From Minisyncoccota bacterium (lineage in GTDB: Bacteria; Patescibacteriota; Minisyncoccia; Phycocordibacterales; UBA9973), in the NCBI GenBank assembly GCA_041662525.1, contig JBAZSF010000003.1, positions 14,187-78,186 on the forward strand: DNA of 64,000 nucleotides. Reading direction: 5' to 3'. Positions 47,953-58,068 of this stretch are shown piece by piece. Under the pieces are notes generated by a model. It ran no database searches. It worked only from the letters and a program-made list of their open reading frames with translations, and was not told the DNA's origin. A program made the position numbers and the translations under genes. The stretch's first letter is position 1, and each line of letters starts with the position of its first letter.

Positions 47953-50900
47953 TTATTTTTCTTCTATCGCAGAAATCTTATTCTTAAATCCAGTTCCTGC
48001 TGGGATTAAGCGTCCGATAATAACATTTTCTTTTAGACCTCTTAGAGAATCCACTCCACCCTTGATTGCATTTTCTATCAAGACACGATTAGTATTTTGG
48101 AATGATGCTGCTGATAACCAACTCTTAGTACGAAGAGAAACTTCAGTGATACCAAGCACTACTATTTCTGCTTTTGCTTCTTTCCCATCTGTCTCTTTTA
48201 CTCTAACATTTTCTTCAATAAAAGCAGTGTTTTCAACAATGTCTCCGACAGAAAAATTAGTCTCACCAGCATCTTTTATTTTTCTACGAGAAAACATCTG
48301 TCGAATAATGATTTCAGTATGTTTTCTAGAAATTGAAGCACTTTGAAGCTCGTAAACTTTATTTATTTCTTCAATAATATATTCTTCAACCAATTCTTTA
48401 TTTCCCAATTTAAACATTTCAGTAATATCGGCTGATCCATCTGTCAAAAGCTGTCCTTTTTTTACAGATTCTCCGACTTTCACAATAGGCATTCTACGAA
48501 AAGCTACTGCATACTCTATTTCATTCGCTTTGCCATCAACTTTACTATCAGACAATACTTTAATTGTTTTTTCTCTTAGATTTTCTTTACCTTCTTTGTT
48601 GGTAATAGAAATTACTTCTCCATCTGTTTCAGAAATAATAGCAGGATTTTTAGGAATACGTCTTTCAAAAATTTCTTCAACACGTGGTAGGCCTGTGGTG
48701 ATATCTGTTCCCGCCACACCTCCCGCATGGAATGTACGGAGCGTCAACTGAGTCCCTGGTTCTCCGATAGCCTGAGCAGCAATAATACCAACAGCCTCAC
48801 CGAGTTCTACTAAATGATTTCTCCCTAAATCTAGCCCATAACAGTTAACACAAAGACCATGCACTGTTTTACAGGTAAGCGGAGAACGTACAAACACCTC
48901 AGTAAACCCTGCTCCTTCAATATTGTAAGCTTCTTCTTTAGTAATTAAAAATCCTCTATTGTAAACAACATTCCCATCTTTGTCTTTTAAGTCTCTCGCG
49001 AGAATTCTTCCACGAATATTTTTAGAAAGAGGAATTTCAATTCCGGAAATATTTTCTTTAGTAACTATTTTACCTTCTTTGGTGCCACAGTCTTCTTCGG
49101 TAATAACGACATCCTGAGCCACATCCACCAATCTTCTTGTTAAATATCCAGCTTTTGCCGTATTGAGTGCTGTATCAGATGCACCCTTACGAGCGCCGTG
49201 AGTAATAACGAAATATTCAATTGGAGAAAGACCTTCTTGGTAACAAGGAATAATCGGAAATTCTAGAATTTTTCCTTGGTTATTTTGAATAAGACCGATC
49301 ATGCCTGTCATTTGCATAAGACTACTCATCGTACCTCTCGCTTTAGAAGTAAATAAATCATAAGTAGAACCTTTTTTATCAAGGGTGTTTGGTAGAACTT
49401 TTTCTAGATTTTTCTTCACTTGTGTCCAAATTTCAATAATTTTTTGATATCTTTCATCCAAAGAAAGAAGGCCTTCACTCCATTGGGCTACCATATCTTT
49501 TTCTAATTTTTTTCCTTCTTCTATAATCTTTTTCTTTTCTTCTGGAACTTTTATATTGTCCAATCCCCAAGTCGTGCCAGAAACCGTAGAATACTTAAAT
49601 CCAAATTCCTTAATCTTATCTAAGATGTTGGGAGTATTTTCTACTCCAGAATGAACAATAATCTCATCTAAAAGAGAAGACAATCTATTTTGAGTCATTT
49701 CATCGTTCACATAAGAAAAATCATTCGGCAAAATACTGTTAAAAAGAAGCTTCCCAACAGAAGTTTCAAAAATTCCTCCATCAAATTTTCTATATTTATG
49801 TGAATCGGTCGCTAGGACTTTTATCTTGGCACGAAGAGATATAATACCATAATCAGAAGCAGTTATAGCAGTGTTTGGATTAGGAAAATATTTGCCTTCA
49901 CCAATTTCTCCTTCAACTGACTTGGTCATCCAATAACTACCGAGCACCATATCCATACGAGGGTGCACTATCGGATCTCCATTTTGTGGTTTAAGTAGAT
50001 TTTTACTCGATGCCATTAATTCTTTTGCTTCCCATTGTGCTTCTTCGAGTAAGGGTACATATACAGCCATCTGATCTCCATCGAAGTCAGCATTGAAAGC
50101 CTGACAAACAAGTGGATGGACTTGAATAGCATTTCCTTCAATCAAAATAGGATTAAAAGCTTGAATACCTAGACGGTGCAAGGTCGGCGCACGGTTTAGA
50201 AGCACAAATTTACCTTGAATAACTTCTTCTAATATTGCCCATACCTCAGCAGAACGTTCTTCTATAAGTTTATTTGCTCCACGAATATTAAAAGCAAGTT
50301 CTGCTTGTAAAATCTTTGAAATTACAAATGGTCGGAAAAGTTCGAGAGCCATGTGTTTTGGTAATCCACATTGATTCAACTTTAGTTCAGGACCAACGAC
50401 GATAACACTACGACCTGAATAATCTACTCGTTTTCCTAAAAGATTTTGACGGAAAAGACCTTGTTTAGATTTTAAATTGTCTGAAAGTGATTTAAGAGGA
50501 CGTTTTTGAGATTGGCTCATCGCTACAGAATCATTTTGTTTAGCAATTGAATTATCAATAAGAGCATCCACTGCTTCTTGGATGATTCTTTTTTCATTTC
50601 TTAAAATAACATCAGGGGCATTTATTTCTTTTAATTTCTTTAAACGATTATTTCTATTTATAACACGACGATAAAGATCATTTAAATCACTTGTCGCATG
50701 ACGTCCACCGTCTAAAGCCACCATCGGGCGTAAAACTGGTGGGATAACAGGAATAACAGTCAAAAACATCCACTCTGGTCGAATCCCTGCGTAAGTCATA
50801 GCGCGAATCAAAGAAAGTCTTTTTTGTAATTTTTCTTTTTCAACCACACTAGCTTGTTCAAGCATCTTTTCTGTAAGATGTTTTAATTTATTTAAATCAA

Positions 50901-51573
50901 GATTTTTGAAAATAGAGTAAATGGCTTCCGCTCCAATATTGGCTTCAAAACAAGTCCCGTATTTCAAAGAAAAATGATGGAAAGAAATTTCATTTAAAAC
51001 TTTTCCTTCATAAATTTCTCCAATTTCTTTCTTAGTAATAGAAAGTAAGGTTTTTAATTTTTCACGAGTTTCATCATCAGATGAATTTTTTAATTTTATT
51101 TTAAATTCCTTATCTAGCCCAGAAAGAATCGTTTCTTTTTCTTCTTCGTGAACTTTTGTAATGATATATCCCGCAAAATATATAACTTTTTCAAGATCAG
51201 AAACAGATATATTCAAAAGGATACTCATCCTAGAAGGAACTCCGCGTAAAAACCAAATATGAGAAACTGGAGTAGAAAGTTCAATATGTCCCATACGCTC
51301 TCTACGCACAATAGAACGAGTGACTTCCACACCACATTTTTCACAAATAATATCTTTATAGCGAATGCGACGATATTTTCCACAATAACATTCATAATCT
51401 TTTTCTGGACCAAAGATTTTCTCATCAAACAGACCCCCTCTCTCAGATCTTCCAGTACGATAATTTATCGTTTCAGGTTTAGTAACTTCCCCAAAAGACC
51501 ATTCTTTAATCTGCTCAGGAGATGCGAGTCTGATAGCAATTTGATCAAATTCAGTTGTGTTTAAAGTTTTCAT
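47953..51573 (-). CDS. rpoC: RNA polymerase beta' subunit
   Basis: NADFDGDQM, KPETINYR, GEPGTQLT. Confidence 0.99.
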   Translation of the reverse strand: MKTLNTTEFDQIAIRLASPEQIKEWSFGEVTKPETINYRTGRSERGGLFDEKIFGPEKDYECYCGKYRRIRYKDIICEKCGVEVTRSIVRRERMGHIELSTPVSHIWFLRGVPSRMSILLNISVSDLEKVIYFAGYIITKVHEEEKETILSGLDKEFKIKLKNSSDDETREKLKTLLSITKKEIGEIYEGKVLNEISFHHFSLKYGTCFEANIGAEAIYSIFKNLDLNKLKHLTEKMLEQASVVEKEKLQKRLSLIRAMTYAGIRPEWMFLTVIPVIPPVLRPMVALDGGRHATSDLNDLYRRVINRNNRLKKLKEINAPDVILRNEKRIIQEAVDALIDNSIAKQNDSVAMSQSQKRPLKSLSDNLKSKQGLFRQNLLGKRVDYSGRSVIVVGPELKLNQCGLPKHMALELFRPFVISKILQAELAFNIRGANKLIEERSAEVWAILEEVIQGKFVLLNRAPTLHRLGIQAFNPILIEGNAIQVHPLVCQAFNADFDGDQMAVYVPLLEEAQWEAKELMASSKNLLKPQNGDPIVHPRMDMVLGSYWMTKSVEGEIGEGKYFPNPNTAITASDYGIISLRAKIKVLATDSHKYRKFDGGIFETSVGKLLFNSILPNDFSYVNDEMTQNRLSSLLDEIIVHSGVENTPNILDKIKEFGFKYSTVSGTTWGLDNIKVPEEKKKIIEEGKKLEKDMVAQWSEGLLSLDERYQKIIEIWTQVKKNLEKVLPNTLDKKGSTYDLFTSKARGTMSSLMQMTGMIGLIQNNQGKILEFPIIPCYQEGLSPIEYFVITHGARKGASDTALNTAKAGYLTRRLVDVAQDVVITEEDCGTKEGKIVTKENISGIEIPLSKNIRGRILARDLKDKDGNVVYNRGFLITKEEAYNIEGAGFTEVFVRSPLTCKTVHGLCVNCYGLDLGRNHLVELGEAVGIIAAQAIGEPGTQLTLRTFHAGGVAGTDITTGLPRVEEIFERRIPKNPAIISETDGEVISITNKEGKENLREKTIKVLSDSKVDGKANEIEYAVAFRRMPIVKVGESVKKGQLLTDGSADITEMFKLGNKELVEEYIIEEINKVYELQSASISRKHTEIIIRQMFSRRKIKDAGETNFSVGDIVENTAFIEENVRVKETDGKEAKAEIVVLGITEVSLRTKSWLSAASFQNTNRVLIENAIKGGVDSLRGLKENVIIGRLIPAGTGFKNKISAIEEK

Positions 51574-51574
51574 A

Positions 51575-54500
51575 TTATTTATTTTCCTTTTTTAAATCGA
51601 TATCAAGTGCCAGACCTCTTAAATAATTTAAGAGCACATTGAATGATGCTGGAGAATTTGGCGGCCTAATCGTTTCATTTTTAATAATAGAATCAAACGC
51701 CGCAGAACGACCAAGTATGTCATCAGATTTAATAGTAAGCATTTCACGAAGTGTATAAGCTGCACCGTAACCTTCAAGGGCCCAGACCTCCATTTCTCCA
51801 AATCTTTGTCCACCACCTTGAGCTTTTCCACCGAGGGGCTGTTGAGTAATTAGAGAGTAAGGACCAACTGAACGCATATGAATCTTGTCTTCCACCATGT
51901 GATGGAGTTTGAGCATATACATATATCCAACTGCCACATCTTGATGAAAGGCCTCTCCTGTTCGTCCATCAAAAAGTTTTAACTTTCCATTATCTGGCAA
52001 TCCGGCCTTCACTAATTCTTCTTGTATTTCTTCGTGTTTTGCTCCTAAAAATGGTGGGACTATAGCTTGATAACCAAGACTATTGGCGGCCATCCCCAAA
52101 TGTATTTCCAAAATTTGCCCCAAATTCATACGAGAAGGGACTCCGAGTGGTGAGAGAATAACATCCACCGGTGTTCCATCAGCCATATATGGCATATCTT
52201 CTTCTGGAAGAATTGTTGAAATAACTCCTTTGTTTCCATGTCTTCCTGATATTTTATCTCCAACTGAAATATTTCTAATCTGAGCAACTTCTATTACTAT
52301 TTTTTTAATAATACCCGCTTCAAGGGTATGCCCTAAACTACGAGAAAAGATCTTTACCCCAATGATGCGTCCACGCTTGCCGTGCTCCATGCGAAGAGAA
52401 GTATCTTTTACATCACGTGCTTTTTCAGCAAAGATCGAACGAAGGAGTCTTTCTTCTGGAGTAAGTTCCGTTTCGCCTTTTGGAGTAATTTTACCGACTA
52501 AAATATCATTCTCTCTTACTTCCGCTCCAATACGAATAATCCCATCTTCATCCAGATCTTTTAACCGAAGCTCTCCAACATTTGGAATATCGCGTGTTGT
52601 AATTTCGGGTCCAAGTTTGGTATCCCGAACAGCACAAGTAAATTCTTCAACATAAACTGATGTAAATTTACTCTTTTTTACAAGACGTTCAGAAATAACA
52701 ATTGCATCTTCGTAAGTTGATCCAGCCCAGGACAAGAAAGCCACGAAAATATTTTGGCCAATTGAAATTTGTCCATTTACTGTACTACTCGTGTCTGCGA
52801 GCACATCACCTTTTTTTATTTTATCACCGACATTTACGAGTGGACGCTGATGAAAAACAGCAAAATTATTGTTTCTTAAAAAATTAATTAAAGTATAAGT
52901 TTTTTCCTTTTTCCCCTCTATCACTATTTTTTTAGCATCTAAATAAGAAACAATACCGTCTTCTTCTGCGATAACTAACCTACCTGAATCTCGTGCCGCT
53001 AATTCTTCAACTCCGGTCGCGACTAGAGGCATTTCTGGTAGGACACAGGGCACAGCTTGTTTCTGCATGTTACTTCCCATGAGTGCTCGGTTTGCATTAT
53101 TGTGTTCCAAAAATGGAACCATCGAAGTGGCTATAGAAAAAGCTTGATTTGGAGCAACATCAATAAAATCAACTTGATCTGGAGAAACTGTTCCTGGTTC
53201 TGTTTTGATTCTTGCTTCTACTCTTTCTTCAGTAATCTTTCCATGGATATCATAGGAAATTCCAGCATGCGCGATATTATATTTTTCTTCTTCGAGTGCA
53301 TTCAAATAAACTATTTCGCCAGTGATAATACCCTTGGTGACTTTCACATAAGGAGTTTCAATAATTCCAAAATCATTTATTTTTGCATAAGTGGAAAGGT
53401 GCAAAATAAGTCCAATGTTTGGACCTTCAGGAGTATGAATAGGACAAACTCTTCCATAGTGCGAAGGATGCACGTCACGTACTTCTAATCCAGCTCTTTC
53501 ACGAGTAAGACCTCCGGGTCCAAGCGCTGACAAAGTACGTAAATGTTCCATTTCACAAAGCACATTTTCTTGTGCCATGAATTGAGAAAGTTGGTTCGTG
53601 GTAAAAAATTCTTTAATACGAGCTTGCAGTGGTCGCTGATTGATGATAGCGATAGGCATGGCTGTATCAACATCAATGATAGACATACGGTCTTGAATAT
53701 TCCTCTTAATCTGCATCATTCCAGTACGTACTTTTTGTTGAAGTATTTCTCCGACAAAACGTACTCGTCTCTGACCCAAATGATCTATATCGTCAGCTTT
53801 TGAAAGAGGTGTATTGTTTAAAAGAATAATATGAGAAATTACTGTAACTAAATCTTCTTTAGAAATTATTCGGCGAGCCATCTCATCCTCTTCCATCGAT
53901 TTTTGAAAACGTTGATTAAATCTAAATCTTCCTACTGGGGAAAGATCATAACGTTCCGCTGTAAATAAAGAACTAATCAATTCCTTAGCATTATCAGCAG
54001 TGGCCATATCACCATCTCGAAGACGCTTATAAATTTCAATAGAAGAATCATTCACACTTTTTACACCATCTTTCACTAAAGATGCTTTAATTATTTCTTC
54101 TGCCAAAGAATTACCAGCAAATGCTTTTAAGATCATCTCATCTGTCTCATAACCCAAAGCCCGCAACAATGCGACAGCAGGAAACTTCCTCTTTTTGTCT
54201 ATTCTTATATAAATTCCTCCGTCGGATTCTGACTCTATTTCAATCCAAACTCCGCGAGCAGGAATAATTTTTGCACCAAAGTATTTATTACCTTTACTTT
54301 CAGATTCTGTAAAAAATACTCCAAAGCTTCGTGCGAGCTGTGGCACGATGACGCGTTCTACTCCATTGATAATAAAAGTTCCGTGTGAAGTCATCAAAGG
54401 AAACTCAGACATAAAAATCTCCTGCTCTTTAACAGTACCGAGAATTTTATTAGTCAATTTTACTCGCGCCTTGAGCTGTCCTTGATAGGAAAGTTTATTT

Positions 54501-54748
54501 ATTTTAGAATTATGTTCATCAACTTTAGATTCACTCAAAGAAAAAGAAGTGAATTCTAATTGAAACTTTTTTCCAGAGTAATCTATGATTGGAGAAAATT
54601 CTTTAAAGACTTCTCCGATACCAGTCTCTATCAACCATTTGAAACTTTTTAGTTGAGCTTCAATTAAATTTGGAAATTCTACTAAAGGCTTTTTGTATCT
54701 ATTAAAATACTTCTTTGGACGCTTTGCTTCGCTTATTTCTTTTGACAT
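51575..54748 (-). CDS. rpoB: RNA polymerase beta subunit
   Basis: GDKISGRHGNKG, GQRFGEMEVWALE. Confidence 0.99.
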   Translation of the reverse strand: MSKEISEAKRPKKYFNRYKKPLVEFPNLIEAQLKSFKWLIETGIGEVFKEFSPIIDYSGKKFQLEFTSFSLSESKVDEHNSKINKLSYQGQLKARVKLTNKILGTVKEQEIFMSEFPLMTSHGTFIINGVERVIVPQLARSFGVFFTESESKGNKYFGAKIIPARGVWIEIESESDGGIYIRIDKKRKFPAVALLRALGYETDEMILKAFAGNSLAEEIIKASLVKDGVKSVNDSSIEIYKRLRDGDMATADNAKELISSLFTAERYDLSPVGRFRFNQRFQKSMEEDEMARRIISKEDLVTVISHIILLNNTPLSKADDIDHLGQRRVRFVGEILQQKVRTGMMQIKRNIQDRMSIIDVDTAMPIAIINQRPLQARIKEFFTTNQLSQFMAQENVLCEMEHLRTLSALGPGGLTRERAGLEVRDVHPSHYGRVCPIHTPEGPNIGLILHLSTYAKINDFGIIETPYVKVTKGIITGEIVYLNALEEEKYNIAHAGISYDIHGKITEERVEARIKTEPGTVSPDQVDFIDVAPNQAFSIATSMVPFLEHNNANRALMGSNMQKQAVPCVLPEMPLVATGVEELAARDSGRLVIAEEDGIVSYLDAKKIVIEGKKEKTYTLINFLRNNNFAVFHQRPLVNVGDKIKKGDVLADTSSTVNGQISIGQNIFVAFLSWAGSTYEDAIVISERLVKKSKFTSVYVEEFTCAVRDTKLGPEITTRDIPNVGELRLKDLDEDGIIRIGAEVRENDILVGKITPKGETELTPEERLLRSIFAEKARDVKDTSLRMEHGKRGRIIGVKIFSRSLGHTLEAGIIKKIVIEVAQIRNISVGDKISGRHGNKGVISTILPEEDMPYMADGTPVDVILSPLGVPSRMNLGQILEIHLGMAANSLGYQAIVPPFLGAKHEEIQEELVKAGLPDNGKLKLFDGRTGEAFHQDVAVGYMYMLKLHHMVEDKIHMRSVGPYSLITQQPLGGKAQGGGQRFGEMEVWALEGYGAAYTLREMLTIKSDDILGRSAAFDSIIKNETIRPPNSPASFNVLLNYLRGLALDIDLKKENK

Positions 54749-55050
54749 AAGTTATGTTTGACCTAAATAAAAAAGAAAATAAAGAAAAATCAAAGAAAAA
54801 CAGATGAAAAATGCTTTTCTTTAGCTTCTCAAGATTTATTTAAATTATTTAGATATGATTAAGTTAAAAACCTTGTAATAGTAAGCACAAGATTGCATCC
54901 GATACTCAATCAATGAATCTCAAACAGCCTACTCTATTTCATCCTTTTTGTCAAATTTTGGTTGTGGATTATTAAACTAACGGCTCAAATACTAGGTATT
55001 TGAGCCGTTTACATTAAATACTAAAGTAACCCCTTCATATTTTTATTATT

Positions 55051-55503
55051 TTATGTTTCTTTAATTTGTTTTGTTAAATTCTCAATTTTCTTTGCTTTCA
55101 TCATTTCCAACGCTTTTTTCATTCCTTTGGCCATAGCCAAATCAACAAAATCGGAATCAATCGCTTCTTCGATCTCTCGCGTGGTCTCTTCAATCAACTT
55201 ATCTTTTTGATCTTTTGAAAATTCACCCACAAGAATTTCCTGACTTTTAAGTGTTTTAAGAAAATCATCAATAGCTGATTTTTTTTGATCTTCAAGCGAT
55301 TCTTTTTTCTTTTCACTCTTATTAGTTGTTAAATTATCTTTTGCTGCACCCTCGGTTTTATTTGATTCAACTGATTTATCTTGAACTTTTTGCTCATTTT
55401 TATTTCCACATGCTCTACAAAATTTATCACCAGCCTCATTTTTATTTCCACATGCTCTACAAAATTTATCATACCCCTCATTTACTATATTTTTTAATTC
55501 CAT
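55051..55503 (-). CDS. Hypothetical protein with duplicated zinc-ribbon motif
   Basis: DKFCRACGNKNE twice (37-bp identical repeat, period 42, at 55393 and 55435). Confidence 0.7.
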   Translation of the reverse strand: MELKNIVNEGYDKFCRACGNKNEAGDKFCRACGNKNEQKVQDKSVESNKTEGAAKDNLTTNKSEKKKESLEDQKKSAIDDFLKTLKSQEILVGEFSKDQKDKLIEETTREIEEAIDSDFVDLAMAKGMKKALEMMKAKKIENLTKQIKET

Positions 55504-55658
55504 ATAATTACATCATATATTATTTTATAACAGTCAAATTATGGCATGTACCTAAATAAATGTCTATCAGGTTCCACATCTTATTCCTATTTTATTTTTC
55601 CTCCACTCTTCTATCCCGAACCAAAGCAAAGCTTGGTACAGGACAAATCTTTTTATGA

Positions 55659-56315
55659 TTATTTTTTAGCCCGCCTCCAGTTTTCAATAAGTTTATGGTT
55701 ACCTGACAAAAGTACTTTTGGAACTCTATAATTTTTACCTTTGTATTTTAAGATTTCAGGACGAGTGTACACTTCACTCGATGAGACTCTCTCTTCTTCA
55801 AGTGATTCATATTTACCAAGCACTCCTGGAATCTGGCGGGAAATAGAATCTACTAAAACCATAGCTGGAAGTTCTCCACCAGTTAATACATAATCCCCTA
55901 TTGAAAACTTTTTAGTTTTTAAAATTTTATCTATCCGCGCGTCTATGCCTTCGTATCTTCCGCAAATTAAAATTATATCGGTATATTTTTTAGAAAATGT
56001 TTTAGCAAAAGTAGTAGTGAATTTTGGAGCGCTTGGAATAAAATTTATTATTAAAATTTTATTTTTATTCTTTATTTTTGAAATAGCTTTTTCCACTGCT
56101 TTTAAAATTGGCTCTACCCTCATGACCATACCAGGTCCTCCACCATAAGGCTTATCATCAACAGGTTTATAATTGTTTTTGGGCGCTTTAATAAAATCTC
56201 TAGGATTATAGAATTTTACTTCTATTAGTTTATTTTTTAATGCCCGCCCTATAATAGATTCATTTAAATATGATTCAAAAATGTTTGGAAAAATTGTAAT
56301 TATGTGAAAACGCAT
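55659..56315 (-). CDS. trmD: tRNA (guanine-N1)-methyltransferase
   Basis: DD.PYGGGPGM, CGRYEGID.R, SIGDYVLTGGE. Confidence 0.97.
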   Translation of the reverse strand: MRFHIITIFPNIFESYLNESIIGRALKNKLIEVKFYNPRDFIKAPKNNYKPVDDKPYGGGPGMVMRVEPILKAVEKAISKIKNKNKILIINFIPSAPKFTTTFAKTFSKKYTDIILICGRYEGIDARIDKILKTKKFSIGDYVLTGGELPAMVLVDSISRQIPGVLGKYESLEEERVSSSEVYTRPEILKYKGKNYRVPKVLLSGNHKLIENWRRAKK

Positions 56316-56318
56316 GGG

Positions 56319-56445
56319 TTAGGCTCTAGGCAACTAGGCCCTAGGCATTAGCTAAGCTTATAAATTTAAAAATAAAAAAGCAAACAAAAAACCCGAGATT
56401 CCCCGAGTTTTTTGCTAGAGCCTAGTGCCTAAGGCCTAGAGCCTA
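56319..56445. repeat. Two inverted arrays of ~7-nt CTAGGC(A/C/T) repeats
   Basis: ttaggct ctaggca actaggcc ctaggca at 56319-56347 and the reverse-complement array at 56414-56445. Confidence 0.7.
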
Positions 56446-56447
56446 TT

Positions 56448-56822
56448 TCATATTCCTTTCAAGTCTTCCATTGCCTGATCAACGGTTTTCATTGTTGGAG
56501 CAGAGCTCATAGATCCTCCAAAAGACCCCGTAGGTCTATCAGTTCTCTCAGTTCTTTCGGGCCTGACAGATCCTTCAGGTTCATTTATCTTTAGATTTAC
56601 ACGAGCGTTATTCTTCATACCAATAATGCGAAGCAAGGTACGAATAGCTTTTGCAGTATTCCCCATCCTTCCGATAATTTTACCCATATCCGCAGGATTC
56701 ACAGTAAGTGTTATCAAAACTCCCATTTCATCTAAGGATCGTTCAATCTTCACATCGTTTGGATTGTCGACGAGTGCCTTTACCACATATTCTAGAAATA
56801 TTTTATCAGCTTCTTCTGTCAT
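56448..56822 (-). CDS. khpA: KH-domain RNA-binding protein
   Basis: DMGKIIGRMGNTAKAIRTLL; between rpsP and trmD. Confidence 0.9.
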   Translation of the reverse strand: MTEEADKIFLEYVVKALVDNPNDVKIERSLDEMGVLITLTVNPADMGKIIGRMGNTAKAIRTLLRIIGMKNNARVNLKINEPEGSVRPERTERTDRPTGSFGGSMSSAPTMKTVDQAMEDLKGI

Positions 56823-56906
56823 AGTGTTTTAAAAAATTTAATCTTTTAATCTTTTACTAATCTTTGCAGTATACGACCGAATGACTGCTTAAATAATTAT
56901 ACAAAA

Positions 56907-57215
56907 TTATTTTTTAGCTTTCAACTCTTTTCTCTTTACTGTTGGTTTCTTTTTAGGTAAAACATTTACTTTCTTGCCTTCAATAACTTTTTGATGTACT
57001 AAAAAATTATGCATTGTGTCAGAAAGCTTTGCCCCTTTTGAAGTCCAATATTTTATTCTATCAGCTTGGAATTTTGTCTCTCCTGCCTTAGGGTTATAAG
57101 TTCCAAGAATTTCTAAAAATCGCCCACTCTTTGTGCTATTTTTTGAATCAGTCAAAACAACCCGAAACGCCGGATCATTCTTCCTACCTATTCTCTGCAA
57201 TCTTATTTTTAACAT
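56907..57215 (-). CDS. rpsP: 30S ribosomal protein S16
   Basis: MLKIRLQRIG.K..P.FRVV...G.YNP. Confidence 0.97.
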   Translation of the reverse strand: MLKIRLQRIGRKNDPAFRVVLTDSKNSTKSGRFLEILGTYNPKAGETKFQADRIKYWTSKGAKLSDTMHNFLVHQKVIEGKKVNVLPKKKPTVKRKELKAKK

Positions 57216-57270
57216 GAATAGAGCTTAACATAAATTATTAAAAAGGCAAATAAAAATCCCCCCACTTCAC

Positions 57271-58005
57271 TTATCTTCCCGTCCTCACAACCTGGCCGGT
57301 CTGATGTGTGGTGCCAGTATGATAGCTATTACCTATACCTACGGTTTGACCAGTTTGATATGTAGTACCAGTATAATAGACCATGCCTGTACCAAAGTTT
57401 TGTCCAGTTTGGTATGGAACACCAGTATAGTAATTAGTCCCTGTTTCAATAAATTGACCAGTTTGAAAACTAGTGCCTGTATAATAATTAGTGCCTGTAC
57501 CAAAAGTCATGCCTGTACCAAGGTTTGATCCAGTATTAAAAGTTTGGCCAGTTTGATATGCAGTACCAGTATAATAGACCATGCCTGTACCAAAATTTTG
57601 ACCAGTTTGGTATGCAGTACCAGTATAATAATTACTGCCTATCCTAAATGTAATACCTGTACCAAAGCTTGACCCAGTGTAAAAAGTTTGGCCAATTTGA
57701 TATTTAATACCAGTATTATAATCAGTTCCCGTCCAAAAGATCATGCCTGTGCCAAAATCCTCACCAAGAATAAAAAATTGGCCTGTTTGAAAAAAAGTAC
57801 CCTCCTCAAAGGTCATGCCTGTATCAAATTCAGTACCTATTTCAAATTCAGTGTCTGTGTCAAAAAGTATATCAGATTCAAAATTTTCATATGCTACTAT
57901 CGGCATAGCAGACCCCAAAAAAAATATTAATGCAAAAGTTGCTATGAGAAACTTCCTCCAGTTATATTGTTCATTGTTCATACTCATAATTTTTAATTCT
58001 ACCAT
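57271..58005 (-). CDS. Secreted hexapeptide-repeat ([FY]xTGxx) protein
   Basis: signal-peptide-like N-terminus, then ~33 contiguous 6-aa repeats. Confidence 0.75.
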   Translation of the reverse strand: MVELKIMSMNNEQYNWRKFLIATFALIFFLGSAMPIVAYENFESDILFDTDTEFEIGTEFDTGMTFEEGTFFQTGQFFILGEDFGTGMIFWTGTDYNTGIKYQIGQTFYTGSSFGTGITFRIGSNYYTGTAYQTGQNFGTGMVYYTGTAYQTGQTFNTGSNLGTGMTFGTGTNYYTGTSFQTGQFIETGTNYYTGVPYQTGQNFGTGMVYYTGTTYQTGQTVGIGNSYHTGTTHQTGQVVRTGR

Positions 58006-58068
58006 ATTTACAAATTATTGTCAATTACTCTGTAGGAGAATTATTCATATTATGCTATTATCTATAAA

